NCBI GenBank assembly: GCA_963755915.1
Contig: CAVWLP010000002.1
Span: forward strand, 2,688,001 to 2,752,000
Origin: an uncultured Phycisphaerales bacterium
GTDB lineage: Bacteria; Planctomycetota; Phycisphaerae; Tepidisphaerales; Tepidisphaeraceae
Direction of reading: 5' to 3'
Length of the DNA stretch: 64,000 nucleotides
Numbering within the stretch: the first letter of the stretch is position 1; each line of letters starts with the position of its first letter. The position numbers and the translations under genes were made by a program. The notes under the pieces are model-generated. The model saw only the letters and a program-made list of their open reading frames with translations. It searched no databases and was not told the origin of the DNA. This document shows positions 42,389 through 55,378 of the stretch, piece after piece.

Positions 42389-44745
42389 ATGAGAATCTTC
42401 GCGCAATTGGCAAGAATCGCAATATTGATGGTGGTCGCGGGATGCGTTTCCAGCCGGCCGAGGACTATTGAATCGCTCGACAGTCACTGGCGATTTTTGC
42501 GAAGCGACAGCCCCGGCGCCGAATCTGCTTCATTTGACGATTCGCAATGGCGCGTGCTCGATGTTCCCCACGACTGGAGCATCGAGGGTCCGCGGGATCC
42601 GAAAGAGCCGGCCGGCGCCGCCGGCGGGTTTTTCCCCACGGGCATCGGCTGGTATCGAAAACATTTCACGCTCCCCGCGGCCGAACAGGGCAGGCGCGCC
42701 TTCGTCGAATTCGACGGCGTGATGGCCAACAGCGACGTCTGGATCAACGGACATCACCTCGGTCATCGCCCGTACGGATACGTCAGTTTTGAGTACGAAA
42801 TCAGCGATTTCCTGCATTTTGGAGGGCAGGAGAACGTCCTGGCGGTCCGCGCCGACAACTCCCTCCAGCCCGCCTCGCGCTGGTACGCGGGGGCGGGGAT
42901 TTACCGGCATGTGCGAATGATTCTGGTCGACCCGCTCTACATTCAGACCTGGTCGACGTTCGTCACGACGCCCATTGTCGATGCGAGCGGCGCGGTTGTC
43001 CGCGTGCGGAGCACGATCGTAAACGCCGGCGTCGAGCCGCACAGCGCTCGGCTGCGGGTGGAGCTTCTCGATCCGCGCGGTGAAAAGGCGGGAAATGCCG
43101 AATCCGCGGAGCAAACAATTCCTCCCGATGCTTCCTGCGATTTCACCGTAGATATTACCGTGCCCAGCCCGCAATTGTGGGATACCGAGCATCCGAATCT
43201 TTATCAGGCGGTCTCCGGGATCGATATCCGACGGCAGATTATAGACGACAAAAAGACAACTTTTGGAATTCGCCAAATTGAGTTCAAACCCGACACCGGC
43301 TTCTGGCTGAACGGAAAAAATCTCAAGCTCAAAGGCGTTTGCCTGCATAACGACATGGGAGGACTTGGGACCGCCGTCCCCCTGGGCACCTGGGTAGACC
43401 GGCTTATGGCCCTGAAGCGCCTGGGGTGCAACGCCATCCGAACCGCCCACAATCCGCCCTCGCCGGAGTTTCTTGACCTGTGCGACCGCATGGGCTTCCT
43501 GGTGATGGACGAAATGTTCGATTGCTGGACGATCGGCAAGAATCCGTACGATTACAGCCGCTATTTCCGCGCCTGGGCCCTGACCGACCTGCGCGACGCC
43601 GTGCGCCGCGACCGTAACCATCCCAGCATCATCCTCTACAGCGCCGGCAACGAAATCCGCGACACGCGAAACGCCGCCGCGGCGAAGAAAACCCTCTCGT
43701 CGCTGGTCGATGCGTTTCACGAAACCGATCCCACGCGGCCGGTCACGCAGGCATTGCTGAGGCCCAACGTCACGCACGATTACACCGACGGCCTGGCCGA
43801 CCTGCTCGACGTGGTGGGAACGAATTATCGCGAGAGCGAGCTGCTGGCCGCCCATGAGGCGGTCCCCGCGCGGAAAATCGTCGGCACCGAGGATTCGCGC
43901 GAGCTAAGGTCCTGGCTGGCCATGCGCGACAACCCGCCGTTTTCTGGCGAATTCATCTGGGCCGGCGCCGATTATCTGGGAGAGGGCAACAAGTGGCCTC
44001 AGCTTGGAAAAGAAAATGGCCTGCTCGACATCATCAACGAACCGCGCCCGATCGCGTTTCAACTGCAAAGCTGGTGGACTGCGTCGCCGATGGTCTATAT
44101 GGCCCGCGACGGCGGCCTGGTTCCGACCGGAAATCCGCCCGGCGAGCAGCAAACCCGGCCCGTGCAGTATCCCGACTGGACCCCGGCCAACCTCCGGCCG
44201 CACCGAGAGACCATCCTGGTTTTCAGCAATTGCCAGAGCGTGGAGCTGATTCTCAACGGCAAATCGCTGGGTTCGAAGGATCGTCCCACCGACGATTCGC
44301 CGCGAAGCTGGACGTTGCAATTCGTTCCCGGAACGCTGATCGCCCTGGCGCCAACGGCGGCCGCATCGTCGCGCACGACCGGATGCAAACCGCGGGCAAA
44401 CCCGCCGGCATCGTCCTAACGGCCGATGGGCCTCGGTTCGCGGCCGATTGGGACGGCGTCTGTTTCGTGCGGGCAACCGTCGTCGATGCCAATGGCATCC
44501 GAGTGCCCCGGGCGGGCAATACGCTGGAATTTTCCGTGACCGGCCCCGGCACGATCGCCGCCACCGAAAATGGCGATCGTTATGACGCGGAACCGTTCCA
44601 ATCCGCCCGCCACGACGCCTACGACGGCCGTTGCGTGGCGATCGTCAAGGCGGCCGATTCCAATGGCGGAGAGATCATCGTCAGCGCCCGCTGTGGCGGG
44701 CTGGCGGAGGTGTCGGTCCGACTTGAGGCGGTGCGAGCGAAGTAG
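42389..44745 (+). CDS. Glycoside hydrolase family 2 (beta-galactosidase-like), frameshift near 44350
   Basis: VPHDWSIE, GIGWYRKHF, SRWYAGAGIYR, NAIRTAHNPP, RDRNHPS..YSAGNE, W.G.DYLGE; lipobox VAGC. Confidence 0.93.
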
Positions 44746-44747
44746 CC

Positions 44748-44778
44748 AAAAAAAAGCCCGCGGCAATCGCCGCGGACT
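44748..44778 (-). terminator. Rho-independent terminator of the PEP-CTERM gene
   Basis: CCGCGGC-AATC-GCCGCGG hairpin with an A8 run on the left (U-tract on the minus strand). Confidence 0.8.
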
Positions 44779-44799
44779 GAATTTCAAGGTCAAACCCAA

Positions 44800-47700
44800 T
44801 CAGGCTTTTCGCCGGCGACGTGCCAGCAAGCCGGTCGCGCCCATCGCCAGCAGCCCAAGCGTGGCCGGTTCCGGCACGGCGGCGATCGTCGGCGCGGGTA
44901 GCCCGTTGGCGGCCGCGAAGGCGTCGAGCGCCTGCACGTCTGCCGGCGTGACCGTCACGGCAGCGCCGCTGTCTCCCTGGCCGAAGTTGGCCGCCAAGGC
45001 GCTGAAGTCCGAACCGTTGACCGACGAGCTATACAGGAAGTTCCCCTGGTCCCAGTTGGTGAGGCCGAGGCCGAAGTTGGCGGCCAGGATCGAGAAGTCG
45101 GAGCCGTTGACGGTGCCGTCGAGATTGGCGTCGCCAAGCAGCGTGTACTTCAGTTCGATCTCGCCGCTGCTGAGGCCGGCGACGGCGCCGGTCTTGTCGT
45201 TTCCGTCGGCCCAGCCGATGCCGTATTTCAAGTTATTGGTGAGCGTCTGGGCAGTGCTGGAAATAATTCCGGTGGTTCCGTTCCAGCCACCGTTGTTGAA
45301 GCCGGCCTTGAGGTAGCCAAGAATCGTGCCGATCGGATCACTGCTGCCGTAGTCGATGAAGAGATGGTTGTTGGTGATGTCCAACACGCTGCCCGAGGCA
45401 ATCGTCAGCGAGGTGATGTTGATGTTGCTGAGGTCATGGGTGGCGTTGTTTGCAACCCAGCCACTGCCAGCCGAGGTGTTGCTGGCGAAGACGACGTTGC
45501 CGCCGTTGATGGCCAGGCTGCTGGTGGTGAGGCCGACGCCGAGGGTAAGGGTGCTGGTGTTGCTCTTGGTGAATCCGCCGGTGGCGACAATCAGGCCGCC
45601 GCCGGTGATGGAGTAATTGCCGGAGCTGTTGACCGTGACCGAAGCGGGGCTGACGGTGCTGGCCAGGGTCACGAAGTAGTGACCGGCGTTGGTGTCGTTG
45701 AAGGTGACGGCGTCGCCATTGGCATAGGTCGTCGCGGCTGAGCCGTTGTTCCAGTTCTGGTTGCTGGTATCCCACGTGGTGCCATTGCCACTGCCGCCGG
45801 CATTATCCCAGAAGACCGCCGTCGGCCCGGCGGCAACCACCAGGTCGATGAATCCACTCTGCACGGTCGTGCTGAGAGAAACGGTGAAGCCTGGCACGGA
45901 AGGTAACGTGAAGTTGGAAAGGGTCGGGCTGGTAGCGCCGTTCAGATCGAACAACTCATAGTCGCCCGCCTGCGTCGGACCAGTGCTGAACTCGATCGGC
46001 GTTCCGGCGCTGGCCGAGAACGAGCCACCGCCACTGATAATGATCAGATCTCCGTTGTCGCCGCCGAGCTCTGGCGTGCCCAGATCGAAATCGAACGCCA
46101 TGTTGCTGTTGGCGGCGAGTCCGCCGACGGTCAACGTGCCGACCGGTCCGATTCCACCAGGCGCCACGGTGCTGGCGCCCGATCCGGCCTTGACGATTCC
46201 GGAGATAGTGCCGTTGCCTGCATTGGGAGCGGCCGCGGTGACGTAGTCGATGGATGTGTCCGTGCCGGGGTTGATCGGCAAAGCCAGTTCGGTCAATAAG
46301 GTCGAATTAGCGCTGGCGAGCACGCCGCCGTTGAGGGTTACCGTGCCCGAGCTCGTCGCCGAGCCCGAGTTGTTGGCGATGACGAGGGTACCGGCGTTCA
46401 GCGTGGTATTGCCGCCGTAGTTATTGAAGTTGGCAAGGACCGTGGTGCCGGTGCCGGTGTAGGTCACCGTATCGGCAGCACCACCGCCGCCGTCGGACAT
46501 GTTCTGGGCGAGGGTGATGTTGAACCCGCCGTTGTTGACGGTCAAGCCGCCGGAGCCGACGACAAAGCTGAACTCATTGGTGATGTTGAGATTCGGATTC
46601 GAAAAATAGGGCATGAAGGGCGTGTAGCTCACGGTGCCGGTGGAAACGTAGACGTCGCTTGCGCCTGCGGTAATCGTGCCGCCGTTGACGGTCAGGGCGG
46701 TGCCCGAGGCTCCGCTGTTGTTGGAGAAGGTAAAGCTGTTGGCCGTCAGCGTGGGGCCTGCCGAAGAGGTTCCATTCAGCGTGACGCTGGTTCCGGTACC
46801 CGAGGTGGTGGTGGAATCGTTGTTCAACTCGAAGTTTCCGCCGGCCGTCATGGTGCTGGTGCCGTTGAGGGTGACGTTGATGTTGACGTCGTCGTCGGCG
46901 GCATTGCCGACGCCGAGCGTGATTCCATCCACACTGCTGACGTTCGCAGTGTTGTTCAGCGTGAGGTTGAGGGTGGAGGTGCCGTTATACCGGCCGATCA
47001 GGAAGGCGGACGCGGTGTCACCGCTTGCGATCGACCCGGTTCCCGAAACCACCACGTTTCCGCGGGTGAAAATGTAGACCTGTGAAGCGGTGCCCGTGGA
47101 AGTGCCGGTGAGGTTCAGGGTGGAGCTGGTGTTGCTGGTTCCGGCGCGGAACTGTCCGCTGCCGGTCACGGAGATCGTGCCGCTCAGAGTTCCAGATCCA
47201 CCGGCGGCGACGTCTTCAAATTCGGCGGAGCCCGCACCATCGGTGATCGCGTTGGAAAGGGTCACGCCATTGCCCAGCAGGAGTCCCTGGGTGGTGTTGT
47301 CCGTGATGGTGCCGCTACCGACGCCATTGGTTTGATTGACGATGACCTGACCACCAGTGATCGTCAGTCCGCCCGAGAATGTGTTGAGGCCGCTGAGCGT
47401 TTCAGTGCCAGTGCCGCTCTTGACGACCGACATGGTGCTGCTGTTGGAGTTCTGGATGACTCCGCTGAAGGCGTTGCTGTTGTTGTCGCTGCCAAAGCTG
47501 AGCGTATTGACGGCCGAGGGGGCGTTGACGTTGTCGATCACGCCGCCTCCCGACAGGCCGCCGAAGGTGGCGTTGTTGCCGTTGAGGTCGAGCTTTGTCG
47601 AGCTGCCCATCGTCAGGTCGCCGGTGCTGTTCATGGTGGCGCCGGTGGCCAGTTGAATTTCGCCGTTGGTGAGAGCGACCGTGCTGGCGCTGTTGGCTCC

Positions 47701-50700
47701 GTTGAGGGCGAGGGTTCCGGTGCCGAGCTGGGTGAGGCTGCCGGTTCCGGACACCCCGATGGACTGATTCGTGCTGGTGTCCATGATCAGCGCCGGTATT
47801 TGGGATGATGGCGGTGCTGGTTCCCAGCGACCCACTGGCGCTGCCCGTGCCCACTTGCAGCGTTCCACCGCTGAGGGAAGTGGGGCCGCCATAGCTGTTA
47901 TTGGCGGTGAGCAGCACGGTTCCCGCGCCACCGCTGTTGACGCTCAGGCCGCCGCTGCCGCTCATCGCGCCGCCGATTGTCAGCGTGCTGCCGGAATTCA
48001 TCACTGTTACCGACGCATTGCTGGTCAGGTTTATGGGGACGTTGATGGTGTGAGAGCCCTCACTGTCGGTCACCAGCGCCGAGGCGGTGCCGTTGTTCTG
48101 GAGGGTGAGGGTGCTGCTATTCGCCTGGCTGATGGTGTATGAGAAGGCGTTGGCGAAGGACATCGATCCGACGGTTTCGTTGGCGTTAAGCGTGACGGTC
48201 GAATTGGCGGTGATGCTGCTGCCGAACGTCACTGAACTTCCCACCGCGTTGGGAATGCCGTTGGGATTCCAGTTGCCGGCCAATGCCCAGACCCCGCCGC
48301 CGGTGAGGGCCCAAACCGAAGCGGTGCTGCCGCCGGTGATCGTCAGGTCGATTACGCCGCCATTGTCAGTGAAGGCATAATTGGTCGCGCCGCCGGGACC
48401 GTTTGGCACCGACAGGTTGGAGAGCCCACTAACCGTTCCCGTCACATCCATGATGGCATAGGTGCCGTTCTGGGTGAAGACGTTGCCGGTGCCATCGACA
48501 TAGGCATCGAGACCTGCGCCGCTGGCGATCGTGAGATTGCCGTTGACGTCGATGAAGCTGTTCGCGCCGAACCGAACGCGTAGTTCAGGATCGAGCCGGA
48601 TTTGAGGCCCAGGGACCCGATGCCCAACGTCCCGACAACCGGGCCGTTGGCGATGGGATCGCCCGGGGTGAGGAAGCCGCCGGAATTAACGGTGACTGCG
48701 TTGGGCAGCGAGGTTCCAACGCCGGCGAGAGTCCCACCGCTGTTGACGATGATGGCTCCCAGGCCCGCCGGCCCGGCGGTCGCCGATCCTGCCACATCCA
48801 ATCGGAGCGTTCCGTAGTTGACGTTTGTCTGACCGGTGTAAGAGTTGGTTGCGCTGCTCAAAATAACAACGCCATTGCCGTTCGTGGAGACGTTTGGGGC
48901 AATGGTGCCGTTTGTGGGATTGGCTTCGTTGGTAAGAAAACTTCCATAGCCGATGTTCAGGGGACCGCTGCCGGTGATAGCTCCATCAATCGTGAGAGTA
49001 TTTCCCCCAGAAGCGACGAGACCGCCTCCTTCGGCGCCGAGGCTGACAGGCCTGGGTGCACCGCTGTCGATATTTCCCGTGTAATCGGCGACGAGGGTTC
49101 CACCGTTCAGGAAGACGTTCGCGACCGTCGACGATTGGGCGAAGGCAGTGCTGTAAGTTCCCAGGGCCGTACCTTGGGCATAGTTACCGAGAATCGTCAA
49201 ACCGCCGTAAAGATTTATCGGAAGGTCGATGGTGTTGTTGGGCCCAGCGGCTTGGGCGTTGAGTTCAACGGTACCGGGTCCGGCCTGCGCGTAGCCGCCG
49301 GATCCAGCGCCGGACGTTCGAAGTCCGCTGTTGAAAATCAGCGCTCCCTGAGTGTTATATTGATAAACGGTGATATCTCGTGTGCTTTCGGTTCCGCCCA
49401 CTGTTGCAAAGGCGGAAGTGAGCATCGCAGATCCCGCGTCATCGGCGAACACAACATTGTTCGCACCAACATTTGGAGTGATAAGGATGGCGCCCGGTTC
49501 GATTGCCTTGCCAGTCTTGGTAATGAACTGGTCCATGTTGTTGCCGTCAAACGTGTATTGCCCGCCTAGCGGGGTATTAAAGCGCAGGCTCGTCATGGTG
49601 GAGGTTCCGCTAATGCGGACTTCACCCGCGACGGAGGGCATGTCCTGATTGCCACCGGTTATCGTTTGCGAAGCATTTTGGGGAATGGCGGTATAGAAGC
49701 CGGAAATCGTGGAGCCTCCGACGACGGCGCCATTGGAGGCCACCGCCGCAAAGTCGACGACATGATTGGGATTTCCGGGCTCACCAACAACGGCAAACGG
49801 CACCGCGCTAGCGCTGTCGACCAGAATACCGCCGGAACCCACATTGGTGCTGCCAACGGTGATCGACGCCGTTGCGGCGATCGGACTGGCACTGCCGGTG
49901 TTGAGCCCGTCGCCAGTGGTGGCCGGGCCCACGAAATCGATCAGGCCGCCCGCGTTGGTGCTGGCGGTGTCCACCGAGATCGTGCCCAGGTTCAGGGTCG
50001 GAATTACCGAACCATTCTGGTTCACCTGCACGACCGTCATGCCTTCGGAGGCGATCAGCGAGGTAGCCGCGAAAGTTTGTGCGTTGGCCGTGGCGCCGGA
50101 GGCACTGTTCATCAGCAGCGTTCCACCGCCCAGGCGCAGGCCGCTGAGTGAAGAGGAAATGATGTTCGAAGCCGGGGCGCCCGCCGCGGCGAAGTTCAGT
50201 TCGAGTGTGCCGCTGTCGACGGTGGCGGTGCCGCCGAGGCTTGCCGTCGAGTTGATGATGGTGGTTCCCGAGCCAAGTTGAGCGATTGATCCGGTGTTAC
50301 TGTTGTCGTTAATGGCGCTGTTGACGTTGGTAGTGCCTGAGCCGCTGAAGCTGAGCGTGACGCTGGCCGCCCCAAAGCCCACGCCGTCGTTGATGTTCAG
50401 TGACTGCGGGGCGCCGACGGTGAAGGTGTTGTTTTGGGTCATCGCCAGCGGATCGTTGATCGTGAGGTTCTGATTGCCGGAGACGCTGATGCCCGAACCG
50501 TCGAGGGTGAGCGTGTTGGAGTCATCGGTGCTGTTTCCGATGACCACCGCCGCGCCGGGGTTAATAACCGAGATGCCTTCCCACGCGGTGCTTGCGCCGA
50601 GCGTGAAGGTCGTGGTGGAACTCAGGTTCGCGTTGCTGTCCCATTGGGCGATGTCGGTGGAGCTGGGCACATCGACGCCGGTGTTGGCAGGAACCGTTTC

Positions 50701-50877
50701 GTCGATCCAAGACGAGGCGACGTCCAAAACCGTATTGCCGTTGTTACCGTAGGTGTCCGCCCTGGACACCGCGGCGAATGCAACCAGGCTGGTTGCCGCG
50801 GACAGGGCCGCGAGCGTGCGCTGATTCTTTGAACTCGTAAAAGACGAATACTTCCGCGCGGAACGATTGCCGTTCAT
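44800..50877 (-). CDS. Giant (~2000 aa) surface protein: autotransporter-associated beta-strand repeats, dockerin-like duplicated motif, PEP-CTERM sorting signal; frameshifts near 48570 and 47800
   Basis: Signal peptide; repeats such as KSGTGTETLSGLNTFSGGLTITGG; GDANLDGTVNGSDFSILAANFG duplicated; ends AVPEPATLGLLAMGATGLLARRRRKA. Confidence 0.9.
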
Positions 50878-51319
50878 CACAGACCCTCCGGGCTGGGGTG
50901 CGCAGAGCACAAGCCGCGCACCGCGGTTAGATTGTGGAAAAACTAGAAACGCCTCCGAACTTCACGCTTTCGATCGCGGGGAGAATTTGGACATGTACTT
51001 CTCCGCCTGACCTTCACGGAACATACACCAGTTTTCCAGAACGAAAAGAGAATGCTGTCACCGAGATATGAACTTTTGTCACAATTCTCAGAATTCCTAG
51101 CATTAGTTGCGGAAAATCATGATAATTCTTCAGGTTTATCGGACATATCCTCGTCCATTTCGCTCGGCACGCCAGTCCGTGGGAGGAGTTTGCACAATTA
51201 AATGCAACAAAAATGGAAGATCACAGGCAATTGTACCTGCGACCCGGTGGGCTGGCCGCTTTTCGGTGTACTTTGGTGACTCGCGCTATTTTGCGAACCC
51301 GTCAACCGGAATGCCCTAT

Positions 51320-54300
51320 TTATGGGGCCATAATCTCGAGCTTCACAGGCCCGCACAGCCCCGAAGGCAACGGCTCGAACAGTGCCGCCTTTGCGGGGTT
51401 GAACCGCGTCCCATATTCCTCCGAAACGCCCCGGTAGTCGTAATTTGGAAAGCCGTGGCCAGCCAGGTAATTCACAGCGGTATTGCCGACCTCAATTTCA
51501 ATCTGATTGTCGCCCGGCTTTAGCAGGTCTGTCACGTCGAGGCGGTAGGGGGGGCACCAGACGTCCCCGGCCGGCTTCCCGTTGATCGCCACCGTCGCCC
51601 CATCCCGCACCGGGGCGTCATAGTCCGCCTGGAATCCCTGCATTCGCATCGTTGGCATTGGCGAAGGCGATCCGTCGCCAAAATCGAGCACCACCCGCCC
51701 GGCGGCAATCTGATCGGCGCTGATCGTGAAGTGTTTGTCATAAGTCGCCACCCCCGAGAATCCAGCCGTCGCCGGATCATCCGCCCAGGAGTGCAGCGCC
51801 GCTACCGGCTTTGGCTTTCCATTCCCCAGCGCAACTGTCCATCCCGAATCCAGCTCGATTGGCTTCCCCACTGGCTTGCTCGCCGCCGCCGGCGTTTCCA
51901 GCCGATTGCCAAACAATAAAATCGTCGATCCATACGGCGCAAGATCCAGACGCACCGTCGTGTAATTCTCCAGATGTGCCACAATCTCTACCGGCGAAAC
52001 CGTCCCGCTCACCGGATCCATCGCGTCCACCGACATGGCATCGGTCCGGAAATTCGCCGACACGCTCACCGGCGTATTGCCCGTGTTCGCCACGAAATAT
52101 TCCGTCCCCCCCTCAGTGGTTCGATGCACCACGCCAATCTGCGGCGACGCTGGCGTAAACTGCACGTCCGGCCTTACGTGCTTTTGCCCCGCCATCACCT
52201 TTGCAAACTGGCTCTCATCGGCGATGAAAATCCCCGGCGCGTCCTTATCCGTAAACAGCCGGGCAACGATGTTCTTCACCGTCTGCTGATCCGAATCCGT
52301 GGCCAGGTATCCCGGCGCCTTATCCGGCAGCCGGCGGGTCGCGATGATCGTTCCCCCGCGCGACGCAAAATCCTCCAGCTTCTTCAGCGTCGAAACCGGA
52401 ATCCGTTCCACGCCCGGCAGCACCACAATCCTGAACCGAACCCCCGTCGCCCGGCTCCCCCGTCCCTGCGACGCCTGCCCGAAAAACAGCGACCCGTTAT
52501 CCACCCGCCCCCGCGCATTGAGCATCCCATCATCAAAGAAATCCAGGTTATATCCCGCATCCAGAATCTGCCCGATGATCTGATGCCCCACGCAATCCGC
52601 CAGCAGGTCCGTCAGCGCCACCTTCCCCGGCGTGAACCGCGCCCACGCATCGTCGTTCGGCAGATAAAGCGCAACGTCATTCGACGGATATCCTTGCCGC
52701 AGCATAAAGCTGACCCGCTGCATATACCGCGTCACGTCCGGCATGACGATGTTCCACGGATTCTGCGAATTAAAGACGCCCCCGACATAAAAACTCCATC
52801 CCGGAAACGCCACGCCGGGCGGTGTATATGGCCACCCATGACACACAATCTGGTTATTCCCCTGCAAAAAATGCACATCCGCGTTTGCCTTGATATCCAG
52901 CGGCGTGGCCCGGAAAACCAGCGAGTGAATCCACGTAAACGTCTCCGACGAACAGACCGGCACGCCCATCAGATGACACGCCGACGTCGCATATCGCGCC
53001 GCCGCGTAATCGTGCCAGTGATAATCCTCCCCCTCCGGCAGATTCACACCTAGATAGCTATAAAGCCCCGCCGACGGCGTCCCATACGCCTGAAGCCGAA
53101 ACCGCGTGCCGTGCTTGTCCGCAAATGCCCGAAGCTGCTTGACAAAATAATCGTTGAACAATTCCGTGAGCGTCTTTCCCCAGTCATGCCGAACCTCCAG
53201 CGTCTTGGGCCCATCGTCTCCCACCAGCGCCGGCAGGAGCGGCGCCAGGTCATATCCGCGCCGCTTCTTAAACTCCGCCAGAAAATTCGTCGTCCAATCC
53301 TCTCCATAACTCTCCAGGCTGTCGCAGAAAACCGAGTAGGGGACATTCGTCCCGCACGCGTCGACTTCCTTTTCCGCGATGGTCTGTAAAAATTTCTGCA
53401 CCGCCGCGGGCGACTGATGATCCACCACCAACCCCTCCGCCCCATACGCCGGCCGCTTCACCTTCATCCCCGTATGGCTCGCGAGAAAAAACGTCACATC
53501 CGAAACACTCGGCTGCGTGGCCGGCACCTGCGCCGCGCCATCCTTGATCTGAAGCTCCGTTCCACGATTATCAAACGCCGCCATCACCACATCCCCCTCG
53601 CGCAGCTTTGGCGTTATGCTGGTTTCCCCATCCGCCACGGTCACCTTCTGCGTCCGCAACCTCCCCGCCGCATCCTCCACCCCAATCGTCGCCCCCCCAT
53701 ACGGCCAGCCGCTCCCCAGCGTCAGGTCCATCCGCATCCCCAGATCCTTCGCCTTCCCCGCCACAAACCCCAGATCATCCAGAAATTCCGGCGACAGAAA
53801 CTTGATGTTCACCACCCCCGGAATCTCGTTATCCAGTGCCAGCGGATAGACCGGCTGTACCTCAAACCCCCCGAATCCGTTCGCTTTCATCGTCTCGATA
53901 TCCTTCTCCAGCCCCGCCTTCGTCACCGCCGGCCCAAACCACCACCACCGCACGATCGCCCGCGAATCGTCCGGCGGATGGGCAAACGCCGCCGCCAACT
54001 GCTGCGGATCCGCCAGCGCCGCGACCTTGATCGGCGCCGCCCCGTCAAGCCCCGTCCCCGAGACATTCTGCGTGCTCAAATACGGCCCCAAATATCCGCT
54101 GACATTAATATTATTGAGCGTCACATTGCTCGCATTCGCCAGCGTAATCCCTTTCCGGCACCTCCCGCTGATGTTCGACAGCGTCAGCCCGTCGATCCAT
54201 TTCCCCGGCGGCACCCGCCCGCCGTCCACCAGCGTATTGACGTCGACCTTCACGTTGCTGAACGAAATGTCCTTCGCATGTGGCACCCCGGTTTCCCCCG

Positions 54301-55293
54301 CCACCGGATCGATCCCGATGATGCCGGTGTCCCGCAAATCAATCCCCAGAAACGTCCGCGTCGAAGCGTTGAAATTCTCTCCGTGAATATTCTCAAAAAA
54401 TCCCCCGCGCCGATCCGGCCCTTGATGAAAATCGCGTTCTCCCCATCCGTAAAATCGCAGTTCTCAATCTGCACGTCGCGAATCCCCCCCGACATTTCTG
54501 ACCCAATCCCAATCCCCGCAAAATCGCTGGCAAACGTGCAATTTCGGATCAGCACATCCGCCGTCGGCCGCGCCGATTTTACCGCGCTTATTCCCCGCCC
54601 CGACTTCAGCGAAATGCAATCATCCCCGGTATCGATATCGCAATTCTGAATCAGCACATGATCCGTCGAATCCACGTCAATCCCATCCCCGTTCGAAAGC
54701 GTCGTCCGAATCGTCAGGTTTTCCGCCACCACGTTCTGGCAAAACAGCAGGTGAATCGACCAGAGCTTCCGATACCGATCGGTAAAGCCATCGAGCAAAA
54801 CATTTTTGCAATTCGTCAGCTCCACCATCACCGGCCCGCGCGGCGTCCGCAGGTTTCCGATCTTCATGTCCCCCTGAATCGTCCCCGGGCCGATGATCGA
54901 AATATTCTCCGCCCCGTCCGCCCAGATCAGCGCATGATGCCCCGGCACCATTTCCCCCTCGAATCGCACGGTGGTCATCGGATAATCATTCGCATCCGGA
55001 CTCCCGACGATCGTCGCCCCTTTCTCCAGGACCAGCGTCGTATTCGAATGTAGTTGAATGCTCCCCACCAGATATTTCCCCGCCGGCACGTCCACCGTGC
55101 CTCCGAGCGCCCCGCACGCGTCCAGGGCCTTCTGGATCGCGGCTGTGTCGCTGGTTTTCCCATCTCCCGCCGCGCCAAATTGCCGTACATCGTATTTCCC
55201 TGCCGGTTTTGCCGCCTGGTCCGCCCGTACCGACCCGGCAAACCAGGCAACTGCCACGAGAATTGCCGCAAATTTCAGGGGTTTAATTGCCAT
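51320..55293 (-). CDS. Bimodular GH28 + GH106 (alpha-L-rhamnosidase-like) enzyme, frameshift near 54400
   Basis: Signal peptide; GH28 NGDGID, GDDCISLKSG, IGSEMSGG; then RWWWFGP, GFGGFE, LGSGWPYGG, FCDSLE, SSETFTW, CHGWPY, W.PPYRLD, LPSGLCGPV. Confidence 0.88.
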
Positions 55294-55378
55294 TCGTTTT
55301 ATCCTCGCTCCGAATTGGGTAATTTCCATAGGGTGGCAATTCATGAAAATTTCGTCAAGTATGATATAATCCCCCGCC

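Noticed and set aside
44800-50877. Classical autotransporter or cellulosome component
   Set aside because: No C-terminal beta-barrel (ends in PEP-CTERM) and no cohesin/scaffoldin in the window
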